Numbered from the stretch's first letter, positions 42,066 to 52,034 are shown. The stretch is DNA of 64,000 nucleotides from a virus (IMGVR_UViG_3300005365_000022:1-64000), one strand, 5' to 3'. Made by a program: numbers and translations. The notes: generated by a model not told the origin, from the letters alone.

Positions 42066-43087
42066 GTCGCGTCGTACGGCAGGGAGCGGAATAGGCTAGG
42101 CATGTCGCGTGGAGTCGTCTCGTGTGGTGACGGGTTGCTACGCGTTGGCATGTCGCTCCGGTCTACTATGCGTTCGCTGTTGGGATGGGGTGTTCTGAGT
42201 AGTCGCTCCGTACGGGCGGGTGACGACGTGGGACGGCTCGTCGCAACAGCACGGATGGGCGCGGTTTGGGTAGTCGCATCGCAGCTGCGCCTGCATGGCT
42301 CGGCATGTCGCTCGGGCACGGCCAGGTGCACGTTGGGAAGTCGCGAGGCATCGGAGCGGCAGGCGCGGGTGTTGGGCTGGCCAGTCGCCACGGTCTGCGA
42401 TGGTCCGGTTTGTCGCACTGCTCGCGCTCGGTGTGCCCTGGCCAGTCGCCATGAGGCGGTCCGGTCCGGTTTGTCGCGCTGTTCTGTCGTGCCTTGACCT
42501 TGGTAGTCGCTATGGGGATGCTGTAGCACGGTCCGTCGCGATGCAGCGGCACGGTCAGTTCTGGGCTGGTCCGTCGCGATGCAGGGGTATAGAAGGGCCG
42601 GCATTGTCTCGCTGTCAGGTGGTGACCAGGCATGACCAGTCGCTCGGGCGGGGCAGGGAGCGGAAGGGCAGGCATTGTCGCGTCGAGACGGCTTGGTCGG
42701 ATCAGTCGCCTCGCGTAGAACCGTCGTTGCTCGGGCTTGTCGCCTTGCTCGTAACGGTCTCGGGTTGGGAAGTCGCCGGGCCCAGGAAAGGACGGGCCGG
42801 AATAGTCACGATGACGCGAAGTGATCGCGAAGGATAGGCAAGTCGCAGCGCACGCGAGACGATTTCGATCGGCCAGACAAGTCGTGCAGCCTTGACATAG
42901 GTAGTCGCCCAGCATGGATGAGCGAAGGATAGTCGCTGTGGGCGGATCAGACTGGAAAGGACACGTCGCTATGTTGCTTGTCGCACTGCGCGGCGAGGAC
43001 ACGGATAGAGGACACGGATAGTCGCCACGGCGAGGCCGGCCGCCGTTACGAGTAGGGTAGTCACGCAGCATCCGATCGACTTGTCAC
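42066..43087. repeat. array of ~30 variable units delimited by GTCGC with 5-nt internal periodicity; candidate guide ncRNA array
   Basis: 31 GTCGC/GTCAC/GTCGT/GTCTC delimiters; 20 of 30 spacings are 23/28/33/38/48 nt; internal GGN-NN pentamers. Confidence 0.9.
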
Positions 43088-43125
43088 CAGGGCCTCGCGG
43101 CTCACCCGGCCTGCCCCGTCACGGG

Positions 43126-43911
43126 CTACGCTGCGGCGGTGTCGCTGACGCCGAGATCCTCCATCGACAGGATATCGAACTTGCCGATCCCCTGTGAGCG
43201 AGACGCGCCGATCCCGTGCTCTGCGGCGTGCAGCAGCGACGCGGCGAGCGATTCGTCTGGTAGCTTGCCTTCGATCTCCTTCGCGATGGCGATCTCGAAC
43301 TCGATGATCGGCTGCTTCAGGTACTCGTTGCGCTTGATCGACGCGAGCTTCTGCCCGCGGATTTCGCTGTGACACACCGACGTCGCAATGCCGTCGGGAG
43401 CAGCGCCGAGATAAATATAATCGCGCTCAACGGGCGCAGAGCCCTCCGGCGGCACGCTGTACACGAACAGCGCCTCGGCGATCGACACGCGGGATCCGAG
43501 GTGGGCCTGGCGAAACCCGAGAACCGACCAGTTTTCCTTGAGCATCGCCTTCAGGTTGTTGGTCGGGAACCAGATCCCATCCTTTCCCGGGCGCCGGTGG
43601 AACTGGCAAATCCCCTCCTCGGATACCCGCTCCGCGGCCTCTGCGCGCGCCGTCGGGTCGTCCGGGATGGCCTCGATCTGGTCGCCGAGTCCTCGAGCGG
43701 CGAGCATCGCGTTCGCTGCGTCGAGGTGGCGCGGCTGACCGCCGTACAGGAGCTCGCGGAGCTGGATCTTGATGCGGATCCTCCTCCACTTGTTGGAGGC
43801 CACCTGCTTCAGCAGGTTGTCCCACTGCATGCGGTTCTTGGGCTGGATGATCGCTGGTGTCTTCGGAGATGGGGCGTCGGGGGCGTCCGGCGCTTTAGGC
43901 TTGCGTGCCAT
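43126..43911 (-). CDS. solo RAMP / Cas7-like (Csm3/Csf2-type fold) protein
   Basis: RIRIKIQLRELLYGG; IWFPTNNLKAMLKE (cf. PGSSLKGxxR); C-terminal G-loop GIGASRSQGIGKFDI; AAGGA SD. Confidence 0.8.
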   Translation of the reverse strand: MARKPKAPDAPDAPSPKTPAIIQPKNRMQWDNLLKQVASNKWRRIRIKIQLRELLYGGQPRHLDAANAMLAARGLGDQIEAIPDDPTARAEAAERVSEEGICQFHRRPGKDGIWFPTNNLKAMLKENWSVLGFRQAHLGSRVSIAEALFVYSVPPEGSAPVERDYIYLGAAPDGIATSVCHSEIRGQKLASIKRNEYLKQPIIEFEIAIAKEIEGKLPDESLAASLLHAAEHGIGASRSQGIGKFDILSMEDLGVSDTAAA

Positions 43912-43949
43912 GATGGTGTCCTTGTTGGTGTCGGCACCCGAGCCGACGT

Positions 43950-44001
43950 TGCATACTTGCGTATTACGCATACGCGTGTCAACTACGAACGCGTAATACA
44001 T
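43950..44001 (-). promoter_or_regulatory. promoter/operator region of the RAMP gene
   Basis: TTGACA flanked by inverted GTATTACGC / GCGTAATAC; -10 not clear. Confidence 0.55.
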
Positions 44002-44007
44002 CTACCG

Positions 44008-46463
44008 TCAACGCGCCGCGGCGATCGTGCATGCCGGACAGAGGTCACGATCGCCATCGGCCTCGAGAACCAGCTCCCGCGCCGTCGTCCTGCCCAGTGA
44101 CCAGCGCGCCCGGCGGGCGAGATCGCCGATGCTCTGCCGGAGCTCGGCGTCGCCAACCGTGAGCGTGGACGCCACCAGCAACGCTGCTCCGCATCGGTCG
44201 CAGCTCAGCCGCATCCAGTGCCGGTCGCGCGGATCGGCCTGGGGCTCGACCGCCTGCTGGCTGGCGTCCTTGGCCTGCCGGAGCGCCGCACCAAGCCCGG
44301 CCACGCGCTGCTCGAGGACGCGGCAATCCGTGCAGTCGCTCATCGGCGACCTTGGCGACGCCAACGCATCCGCGTTCGCTGCCGGCCGGTGATTGGGCGG
44401 TTACACCTCGAACACGGCACTCCATAGCACACATGGCCGCACGGCCGGCGAGGGAGATACCCGTGCTCCCAACACTCGCGCGTGGAGTCGTACCTGCACG
44501 GCTTTGCGTTGTACTCGGCAGCCGCCCGATCGCGGGATGCACGTTCTTCTGGCGTGTTCCACTCCGCGAGCAGATCGTCAATCGTCGTTGGCGTCATGGC
44601 TCGCCCGTACTGCCGTCGCCCGGCACCGCGATCCCGTGCCGCTTCCTGATCGCCGCGATGATCCCGGCAGCCTCGCCGTCGCTTGCGTCTTCCCAGCCGG
44701 CGAGCGCGATGGCGAGGTCATCACGAGTTGCTGCCAGGTCGCGCTGTGTTGCGGATGGCGCGACCGCGCGAGCTGCTGGTTCGCTTCGCTGGCTGCGCGC
44801 GATGACCTCCGGGGCCCGGCGCTTACTGGCCAGCACCGCGGGTCCCTGGATGCCGAGACCAGAGCGGCTCACAGCGGCCTCGGGTGGTACTTGCGGTTGC
44901 TCGCGATGTGCCCCTCGATCCCGCAGCGCGTACAGGCGGTGTGCTTGCGGAGCCTATCGATCCGCTGCTCGCCGGCCTCCTCGTGGTCGGCTGCGCGGGC
45001 ACGCCGCACCAGGTCGGCAACCTGTTCCGGCGTCATCGGAATCGGCTCCACCACCACCTGTGTGGCAACCGGCTCCGGCGAAGGCGCCGAGATGCGACCT
45101 CGCACGTCGGCGCGCCGCCGGTCGAGGTCGTCGCGCTTCGGCGGCGTGTACCCGGCCACGATGACCGCGCCCCATCTGCTCGTGCCGGTAGGGGTCACGA
45201 TCGTTGCGCTGAGTGATGGCGTGGGAAGTCCGATCACGCGCCGCGCGCTGCGATCAGCGCCCTCCGGTGCCGGTCGATCTCGTCCACGGTCCCATCCGGC
45301 CAGCCGAACACCATCTGGAGATCCTCGAGCACGTCGCGCTCGTGGCCCACCAGCACACCGTAGACCCAGGCGAGGCACGGGCTGCGCTGCCAGTTCATCC
45401 CGCTGGTGGCGACCACGGCGGTGAGCGCAGAGAGCGCGCCGGCGGCTGCCATGACCTCGCCGACCTCCGCCGCCGGGGACTGCATCGGGATGCGCAGCGC
45501 CCACATCCCGTCTCCGCGGTCGAGCCACTCGCCGACCTTCATGCTGTGACCGCGGTGATCCTCGACCTCCACGAATCTCCCTGATGTTGGCCCCGGTGGC
45601 CAGTCGCACACCACGTCGATGAACTCGATACGATCTCGAGTCGAGGTCTCATCCGCATCGGAAGCCAGCGCACGGAACGCGTATACGTCCGAGACCGGTG
45701 ACCTGCGTGCAGCGTCTTCGGGATGCTTCTCGTGGTATCGCTGTTGCGCTTCCGGGCTCGTCGTGCCGGGATGGACGATCACGTTGCACGTCTCGCATTC
45801 GACGCGATACCGCGGCCGACTGGAATGGAACGCGGTTTCACCGGTAGGTGTCAATTGGAAGCTATGAGCTGATCGGTGGTCGGTGGTCGGAGCCGGATTC
45901 GAATCGGCCAGGGTAGCGGCTGCGCTTGCTACGTCCTCAGGGTCAGCGCCTTTCATCATCTCGGCAACCATCTCCCCGTGCTCTCGCACGAGCTGGGCAA
46001 CGCGCTCCGCAACGGGCACCTGCTCGTCACCAGGCGGTAGGGCGGCGCGAGCTTGGACCAGGGCGTGATGTTCGCGTTCGACTGCGGCGACGAGATCCTT
46101 CCACCCGGCACGCTCCCACCCGCTGTAGTCGAGCGCGGAGGCGACGAGCTCGTGCATCTTCTCGTTGTGCTGTTCTGCGGTCAGCGCCGCTGTCTCGGCG
46201 CGCTTTCGCCGCTCCTCAGATTGCGTGAGCTCCGCCGTCAGGCGGTTGTATTCCACTTTCCAATCTACCGGGTCGTCGAGCTTACCTGCCATTCGTAAGA
46301 CGCCGCGCTCGATGACATGCATCTCCCTGAATGCGATCGCCTCCATGGCCGCCGCCTGCTGGCGCTCGGGAAGCAGCTCGATATCGCCGAGCGACCTAAG
46401 TAGGTCTCCGATTACCGTGTGTGCTCGCTCGAGGCGAGCTTCGAGAGCGGCTTCATCACCCAT
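44008..46463 (-). CDS. accessory ORF cluster (small Cys-rich proteins and a mosaic coiled-coil protein 45234-~46463)
   Basis: Chain of overlapping ORFs 44008-44343, 44340-44597, 44594-44872, 44869-~45200, 45234-46463. Confidence 0.45.
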
Positions 46464-46649
46464 TCGCCGAATATGCCGGCGCGGTCGGCGAATGTCAACG
46501 AACCCTTGCGGGCCCCTCTTACCGCCCGGTCGCGCTGCAGCGTGCCAGGATGACGGTCTCGTAGGCTGATCGGAATCCGTTTTCTCCGGCACCCATTAGC
46601 CGGCGGAGAATCACAGCGAGGGCTACGACGTTGGCCTTTCGGCCCAAGG

Positions 46650-46725
46650 TAGCGCGAGCTGGATTTGAACCAGCGACCTTCGGGTTATGAGCCCGACGGG
46701 AACGACCAGGCTTCCCTACCGCGCG
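46650..46725 (-). tRNA. initiator tRNA-fMet (CAT)
   Basis: Cloverleaf; anticodon stem TCGGG-CTCATAA-CCCGA with three G:C pairs; 1:72 mismatch; GGTTCAAATCC T-arm; no encoded CCA. Confidence 0.92.
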
Positions 46726-46802
46726 ACTCCTTGTACCTCCACGGTCCGCCGGCGGTCAAGCGAAGACAGCTTCGTGGCACACGATCTCGAGCATGCGACC
46801 AA

Positions 46803-47186
46803 TCAGGTGGCGTTCCGTCTCGCGCGCAATCGGTACGCCGTAGGCTTTACCTTGAACACCTTGCGACAATTCGGACATCCGGCGAACAGGAGTGGTAGCG
46901 TCTGATGCTGGCGCGAATGCTCTGCATTCGAGACAAGATCGAGGTTTTCTTGAGCGTCGTCAGTCTTGTCGTGGTTCACATGATGTACGACCTCTTCAGG
47001 ATCGAGCAGCCTGCCGATCCGGTTCTCTACGATCACACGATGAAGCGGGTATAGTCCCTTGGTATTTCTGCGCGGGTGAGGAGGGTCGGTCCTACAGTAA
47101 CGATACCCTCCGCCCTTGCACACCGACACGATCATAAACGGCGGGCCGTCGGGATGTGGCTGGCTGGTGTCGTTCGGCGTCGTCAT
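46803..47186 (-). CDS. HNH endonuclease with C-terminal zinc finger (possibly truncated by TGA)
   Basis: LHRVIVE..IGR.L...EVVHHVNHDKTDD...NL....AEHSRQH; CPNC...; CSRSC lies just past the stop. Confidence 0.8.
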   Translation of the reverse strand: MTTPNDTSQPHPDGPPFMIVSVCKGGGYRYCRTDPPHPRRNTKGLYPLHRVIVENRIGRLLDPEEVVHHVNHDKTDDAQENLDLVSNAEHSRQHQTLPLLFAGCPNCRKVFKVKPTAYRLRARRNAT

Positions 47187-47204
47187 GCTGATGATCGTTT
47201 TACC

Positions 47205-47822
47205 ATGGCCACCGATCAAGCATCCGCGCTCGTCAGGGCGCTCGTCGCCAAGCGTCAACAGCCGAGCTCGCCGGGCGGCGCGCGCGCTTTGGTGCGTCGC
47301 ATCATCGAGCCCAACCTCGATGAGAACGACCTCAGCATCCAGCCTCCAGACGTCGGGCCAATCCGTGAGGAGTTCGAGAAGCTCCGACGCGAGTTTTGGT
47401 CCAATCACTTCGCGTACGCCGACCCATGGATCGGCCGGTCGCGCACGTACGATCCGACCGGCAAGTACAACTGCGGGCGCTGCAACATGGTCGACGCGGT
47501 CCGCTGCCTGCTGCTCAAGGTCCCGGAGATCGACCCGGTCGGCGGTAGCTGCTCGCACTGGGAGGACCAGTGCGCCGGTGACGCCGAGATGCCGGTCCAC
47601 GCGATCCCTCCTGAAGGCGCCGCGTACGCCGAGACCGGCCCCGACGGCTGGGGATGCGTCCGTTGCTGGTGGGCAGAGCCGGCGATCGCACCGGACAGCA
47701 TGGGCAGGACGCTGTACTGCCGGCGGGCTGACTGCCGGGTACTCGAGACGGCGTGCTGCGCGATCAACAGCGCTGATCAGCCATCGTTCGAGGCTGCCGT
47801 CGCGTCGCTGGGATCGGATTGA
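47205..47822 (+). CDS. Cys-rich putative Fe-S/Zn protein (HiPIP-like spacing)
   Basis: CGRC-x7-C...GGSCSHW and a second CVRC...C...CC unit; only intact + strand gene in this arm. Confidence 0.55.
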   Translation: MATDQASALVRALVAKRQQPSSPGGARALVRRIIEPNLDENDLSIQPPDVGPIREEFEKLRREFWSNHFAYADPWIGRSRTYDPTGKYNCGRCNMVDAVRCLLLKVPEIDPVGGSCSHWEDQCAGDAEMPVHAIPPEGAAYAETGPDGWGCVRCWWAEPAIAPDSMGRTLYCRRADCRVLETACCAINSADQPSFEAAVASLGSD

Positions 47823-50800
47823 TCCGCCGCGACGAGCGCGTCGAGCCTCCGCTGTGCGTCGCTGCCGATCTTGATGGCGAGACGCAGGCACTCGACGCAG
47901 TTGACCTCGTCGATCCACGCTCCATCGTCGGTCCACGTGACTCGATCGAGGTCGATGTTCGTGTAGTCGTGTGCTGACTCCTCGTCGCACAAGTTTGAGC
48001 AGCGCTCCTCAGACTCGCCGAGGTGCACAAGCGATCGCACCGCGATGATCTGGTCGAGCTGCGCGCGCAGCGCCGGGTCATCCGTGCTCGAACGCATTTC
48101 ACGCGCGAGCGCAAGCACGCCAGGCGACGGTGGCCAGCGTGTCTCAAGCTCGCGTTCGAGCGCTACGGTCTCACGCGGCCAGTTCTCACGCTGTCTCATC
48201 GCGTCCTCGCGTTGGCGTACTTCGCCCAGCGCTCGGCGTCCTCCCATGGGTTACCCTTGGTCGGGTCAGGCTCGAACGGCTTGAGCCCTGGGTCCTGGCT
48301 GCCGCTGATTCCCGCCAGGAACGCGCTCAGGCACCCGCCGTTCTCGAGCTGGCGCCGGACGAGTTCGCGCTGCTGCGCGGTCAGGCGAGGATGCCGGCGA
48401 GGCACCCCAATACCCGGCGAGGTGACCTCTACCAGATCTTCGGTGTCGATTCGATACAGCTGCGGTGTGGTGCGCATGGCGATCACCCAGCCTCCCCGAG
48501 ATCCACAGGCCATGACACGCCGTCGACCTCGACAGCCATCCTGCGCTCGCGGTTGTACCGGATCCGGTAGACCTGCTCTCGCAGGAGGTCAATGCCGGGA
48601 GGAGGCGCGATCTTGGCGAACCGCGAACCCATCGCCGAAGGTCTCTCCGGACGCGGCGCGATGTCGGCCGCGACCTCCGCATACGACCGCCCGGTGATTG
48701 CCACGGTCGCGCGCTCGAACGCGTCCTGCACGCGCCGCTGCGCCATCCGACCCAGGTTGTGCGTGTGCTCGCACCACGCGATCGCCGTCTTGTCGGCCGC
48801 AGTGTCTTTGTTGACGCCGCCGCGCCGCGACCGCCACCCGACGTTTCTCCCGCGCTCCACGGCCTCCTGCAGGTCCGGGTCGCCGCTCACCACCGCGATC
48901 AGCAGGGACTCCTCGGTCAGCCCGGCCAGCACATCGTCGCACAGCTGCTCGAGCTCGGTGTCGCCGCGCTCGGCCGCGTAGGTCGCGACGTGCTCGACGA
49001 GCTCTGGGCGATCGAGGCGGGTCATGGCGTCACCGTCGGCAGCGTGTGGGCTGCCAGCAACCATCTGCAGGCGTCCTCATCGATGCAGCCGGCGTTCTTT
49101 GCGGCCACGAACAGGAGGCCAGCGATCAGCTGGACCACCGTCACGGCTGCCTCCTGCGCCAGATTGCAGCGCTCACCATCGCGCCGACCGCGAGCCCGGT
49201 GAACAGCCCAGCAAGGTAGAGGTGCCACATGGATCAAAACTCCTGCCCGTCGGCAGCCATCATCGCCGCGCGATCGAAGGCGCGGTCTACGGTGGCCGCG
49301 CGCGCGATCCGCGACAGGCGACCATTGACGCGGTGGGTACCGATGCCATGCTCGCGGTCGAGCCGGTCAGCGAGCTGCTCGGCAAGCTCGGGGTTGAGCA
49401 CCGGGCGGGATAGCTGCGGGCCGACGCCGGGGCCGGTCACGAGGTTGGACGCGAGGTGCGAGTAGCGGTCTGAGCTCGTCATGCTGGTAACGTAATACGC
49501 GCGCGTCATGGTGTCAAGCGATAGATTACGTGTTCACATTACCCCGGGCCTTCGAGCGCGTCACGCCGTCGCGCTTCGTCTTCGGCGGATCCCGGCTGGC
49601 AAACGCCGCACCCACGGCAGCCATCCATCGCGCACGGCTGGTCGGATTCCGCTGCCGTGACGTCAAGCTCGACCGTCTGTATGCCAGACGCGACATCCGG
49701 GTGGAGATCAACGACCTCTGGCACGGCGGGCACCTCGATGAGGCCAGTGCCTGTCGTCACCTGAACTCGGACGTCGGCCGCCGCGTTCAGGATCGGCCTG
49801 GCCCACTCCGCCCAGTCTTTGGCCCCGCCGCGCTTGACCGCCGCGAGCTGGGCATCGTGCTCTCCGGTCGACAGCCGTACCGTCTTGATAACGGAGCGAA
49901 CCACGCCGACGCCGAGCTTGGGCTTTGGACCGCTTCCCGCCCTGGCCCCGCCCACCTTGCTCTTGGCCTCCTTGACGCGGGACTTCTTGGATGCGCGTGT
50001 CTTACTTGTTTGTTTGGTCACGTGTTTCGCTCCTTGGTCACGTGATACGTCGGCAGAGAGATCCGGTCAACCCGGCAGGTCGGCGTGACGCGCGGCTGCC
50101 TCGGCGGCGATGCTGCGCCGGAGCTGCTGCTCGTGCTCCGTCTGGCGCTCGTTATCGGCATGCTGCATCGCGGCGAGATCCCGGTACGCCGCCAGTGCTC
50201 GCTCGCCGCGGGGCGTGATCGCGAACAGCTGCGGAGGTGGTCGCCGCGTGCCATTGCCGCCCGGCTGGCGCCGCTGGGTAACCGGCGTCGCGAGTCCGAG
50301 CTTGAGAAGCGCCCGCCGCATCATCGGCTTCTCGGCGAGCGGGGCCGGGCGCATCGCCAGAATCTCGAGCATCGCCGCGCGCTCTGCGCTGATGCGGTCG
50401 TAGTGCGACAGACCGCACGCCGGGCACTTCGCCCTGGTCGGCAGCTGGCCGAGCCAGGAGCAGGCGCAGACCGCGTACACCATGCGCTTCATCGCTCGCC
50501 TCGGTTCCGTTTGTGGTCGATGATGATCCCGTTGCCCAGCAGTGGACACCACTTCGGGGTTCCGCGCAGTGGCAGAACTCCACCGTCGATGTTGCATTCG
50601 AGCATGTGACCGGTGTTATGACCGGTGTTGAACGGGCAGGTCTTGCAGCTGGCGACAACCATCAGCGCTCGCTTCATGGCGCCGCCGATGCTTTCCATCC
50701 CACAGGCCAGAAGGCCGGATGATGAACGGCCAGCGAGCGAAGCTCGCGCTTCTGGGTGCGACGGCTGAGGCGGCGCAGTCTCCGCATCGCGCGCTTGACG

Positions 50801-51560
50801 CGGCGCCGGATGTTGGCCGGCAGGTCTGAGGTGTTCATGGCGCCTTCCTTCCTGTGCGCGCGATGTCGGCAATCGCCGCGGAGGTCGCCTGCGCAGCGTC
50901 CACGCCGATCGCCTGCATGACCTCGACGAGTGGGTTGCTCTCCACGCCCCGCGCCCGCCGCAGCTGGGCTGCGAACCGCCGATCGAGCGACGACATGCCG
51001 GCGACCGCGAGCTCGGCGTGGTCCAACCTCGCCAGCGTCTCGTCGCTCGGCACCTCTCCACGCGCCCGCGCCCGTTCCACGGCGACGGTCGCGAGAAGCC
51101 ACTCGTCGAGCAGACCCTGGATGGCGCCGACGACGTCACCGATGGGTGATGGCGAGCTGCCGAGCGAGGCCAGCCGGTGCTTGGCATCGGCGAGCGCGGA
51201 CAGCGCTTCGCGGAGCGATGGGGCGCCATCGACAACCTGGCCGGTCACGATCCGCTGCGCCACGAGCTCGGCGCCGACGACTCGGTCGATCACAGCAACG
51301 TAGTCGGGCTGGGCCTCGATCCAGCGCGCCATCTCCTCGCACCCGTCGCGGCCGACGACGCGCTGCGCCTCGCCTCCGCTCAGAAAGGCGCGCGCCAGGT
51401 CGAGCGCGCGCCTGCGGTCCGGCGGTGCAGTATCCGGCGACGGCGAGCCATCTGGCATCTCACCGCGCGCGTGGATGATCGGCTGTGTTGGACGGTCGGG
51501 AAGCGGTCGCTCGCTGTCCCGCCTCGATCGTCCTCCGAGCGTGATCTCGTCGTGACTCAT
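47777..51560 (-). CDS. accessory ORF cluster (hypotheticals, RHH-like 49539-50021, wHTH-like 50067-50490)
   Basis: Start/stop-coupled ORFs; little recognisable homology. Confidence 0.4.
49480..49536 (-). promoter_or_regulatory. leaderless promoter of the operator family
   Basis: TTGACA-17-TACGTT-accagc-ATG; GATTACG upstream. Confidence 0.7.
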
Positions 51561-51573
51561 ATTTATCCCTCCG

Positions 51574-51645
51574 TGCGCCAAGCAGGAATCGAACCTGCGA
51601 CCCGCCGGGTGTAATCCGGCTGCTCTACCGCTGAGCTACTGGCGC
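51574..51645 (-). tRNA. tRNA-Val (TAC)
   Basis: GCGCCAG acceptor, GCTC/GAGC D-stem, GCCGG-ATTACAC-CCGGC anticodon arm, GGTTCGATTCC T-arm. Confidence 0.88.
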
Positions 51646-51734
51646 ATGACGACGCGCGGAATTGCGCGCCGGGCCCCGGCAGGTGCCACCCCGAGTCACG
51701 CCGAAGTGCGCGGCGCGGCCGGACATGTTTCTCG

Positions 51735-51980
51735 CTACCTACCGGCGAGACGGTTGTAGGCTGCGACGCACTGCTGAACTTCCGGCGCCCGGCGGTTTCC
51801 CGTCTCGAGCGCATCGCTGGCCGGCCCGAGCGCCATGCGCGTCCAGCGGTCGATGTCGCTGAGCTGCAGCATGTCGATGTGCTGCTCGGTCAGCTCGGCG
51901 GCCGTGATGGGTGTCGCGGCGCGAAACATCTCGGCGGCGCGGCTTGCGGTCATGCGTACGGTGGAGCAGTGGTTGAGCAT
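51735..51980 (-). CDS. leaderless hypothetical protein
   Basis: ATG six nt after TACGTT. Confidence 0.5.
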   Translation of the reverse strand: MLNHCSTVRMTASRAAEMFRAATPITAAELTEQHIDMLQLSDIDRWTRMALGPASDALETGNRRAPEVQQCVAAYNRLAGR

Positions 51981-52034
51981 GCCGGTAACGTAATACGTGT
52001 TAGCTTAGGCGTCAAGCGATAGATTACGCGTTCA
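51978..52034 (-). promoter_or_regulatory. leaderless promoter of the operator family
   Basis: TTGACG-17-TACGTT-accggc-ATG; GATTACG upstream. Confidence 0.7.

Noticed and set aside
42166-43071. 301 aa ORF (and overlapping 149-187 aa ORFs) across the array
   Set aside because: Unit lengths of 28/33/38 nt are mostly not multiples of three and the periodicity is 5 nt. The translations are low-complexity Arg/Pro/Ala strings with no SD, so they are best explained as by-products of a GC-rich RNA-level repeat.
42066-43087. Canonical CRISPR array
   Set aside because: The conserved element is only 5-6 nt, there is no 23-47 nt direct repeat, the variable parts are internally periodic, and no cas1/cas2 is present.
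46650-46725. tRNA as a prophage attachment site
   Set aside because: Phage-like genes continue on both sides, and no integrase or duplicated tRNA 3' end is seen in the window.
29671-46805. Stop-codon reassignment
   Set aside because: The three internal stops are three different codons, TAG/TGA/TAA all end normal genes here, and no suppressor tRNA is present.
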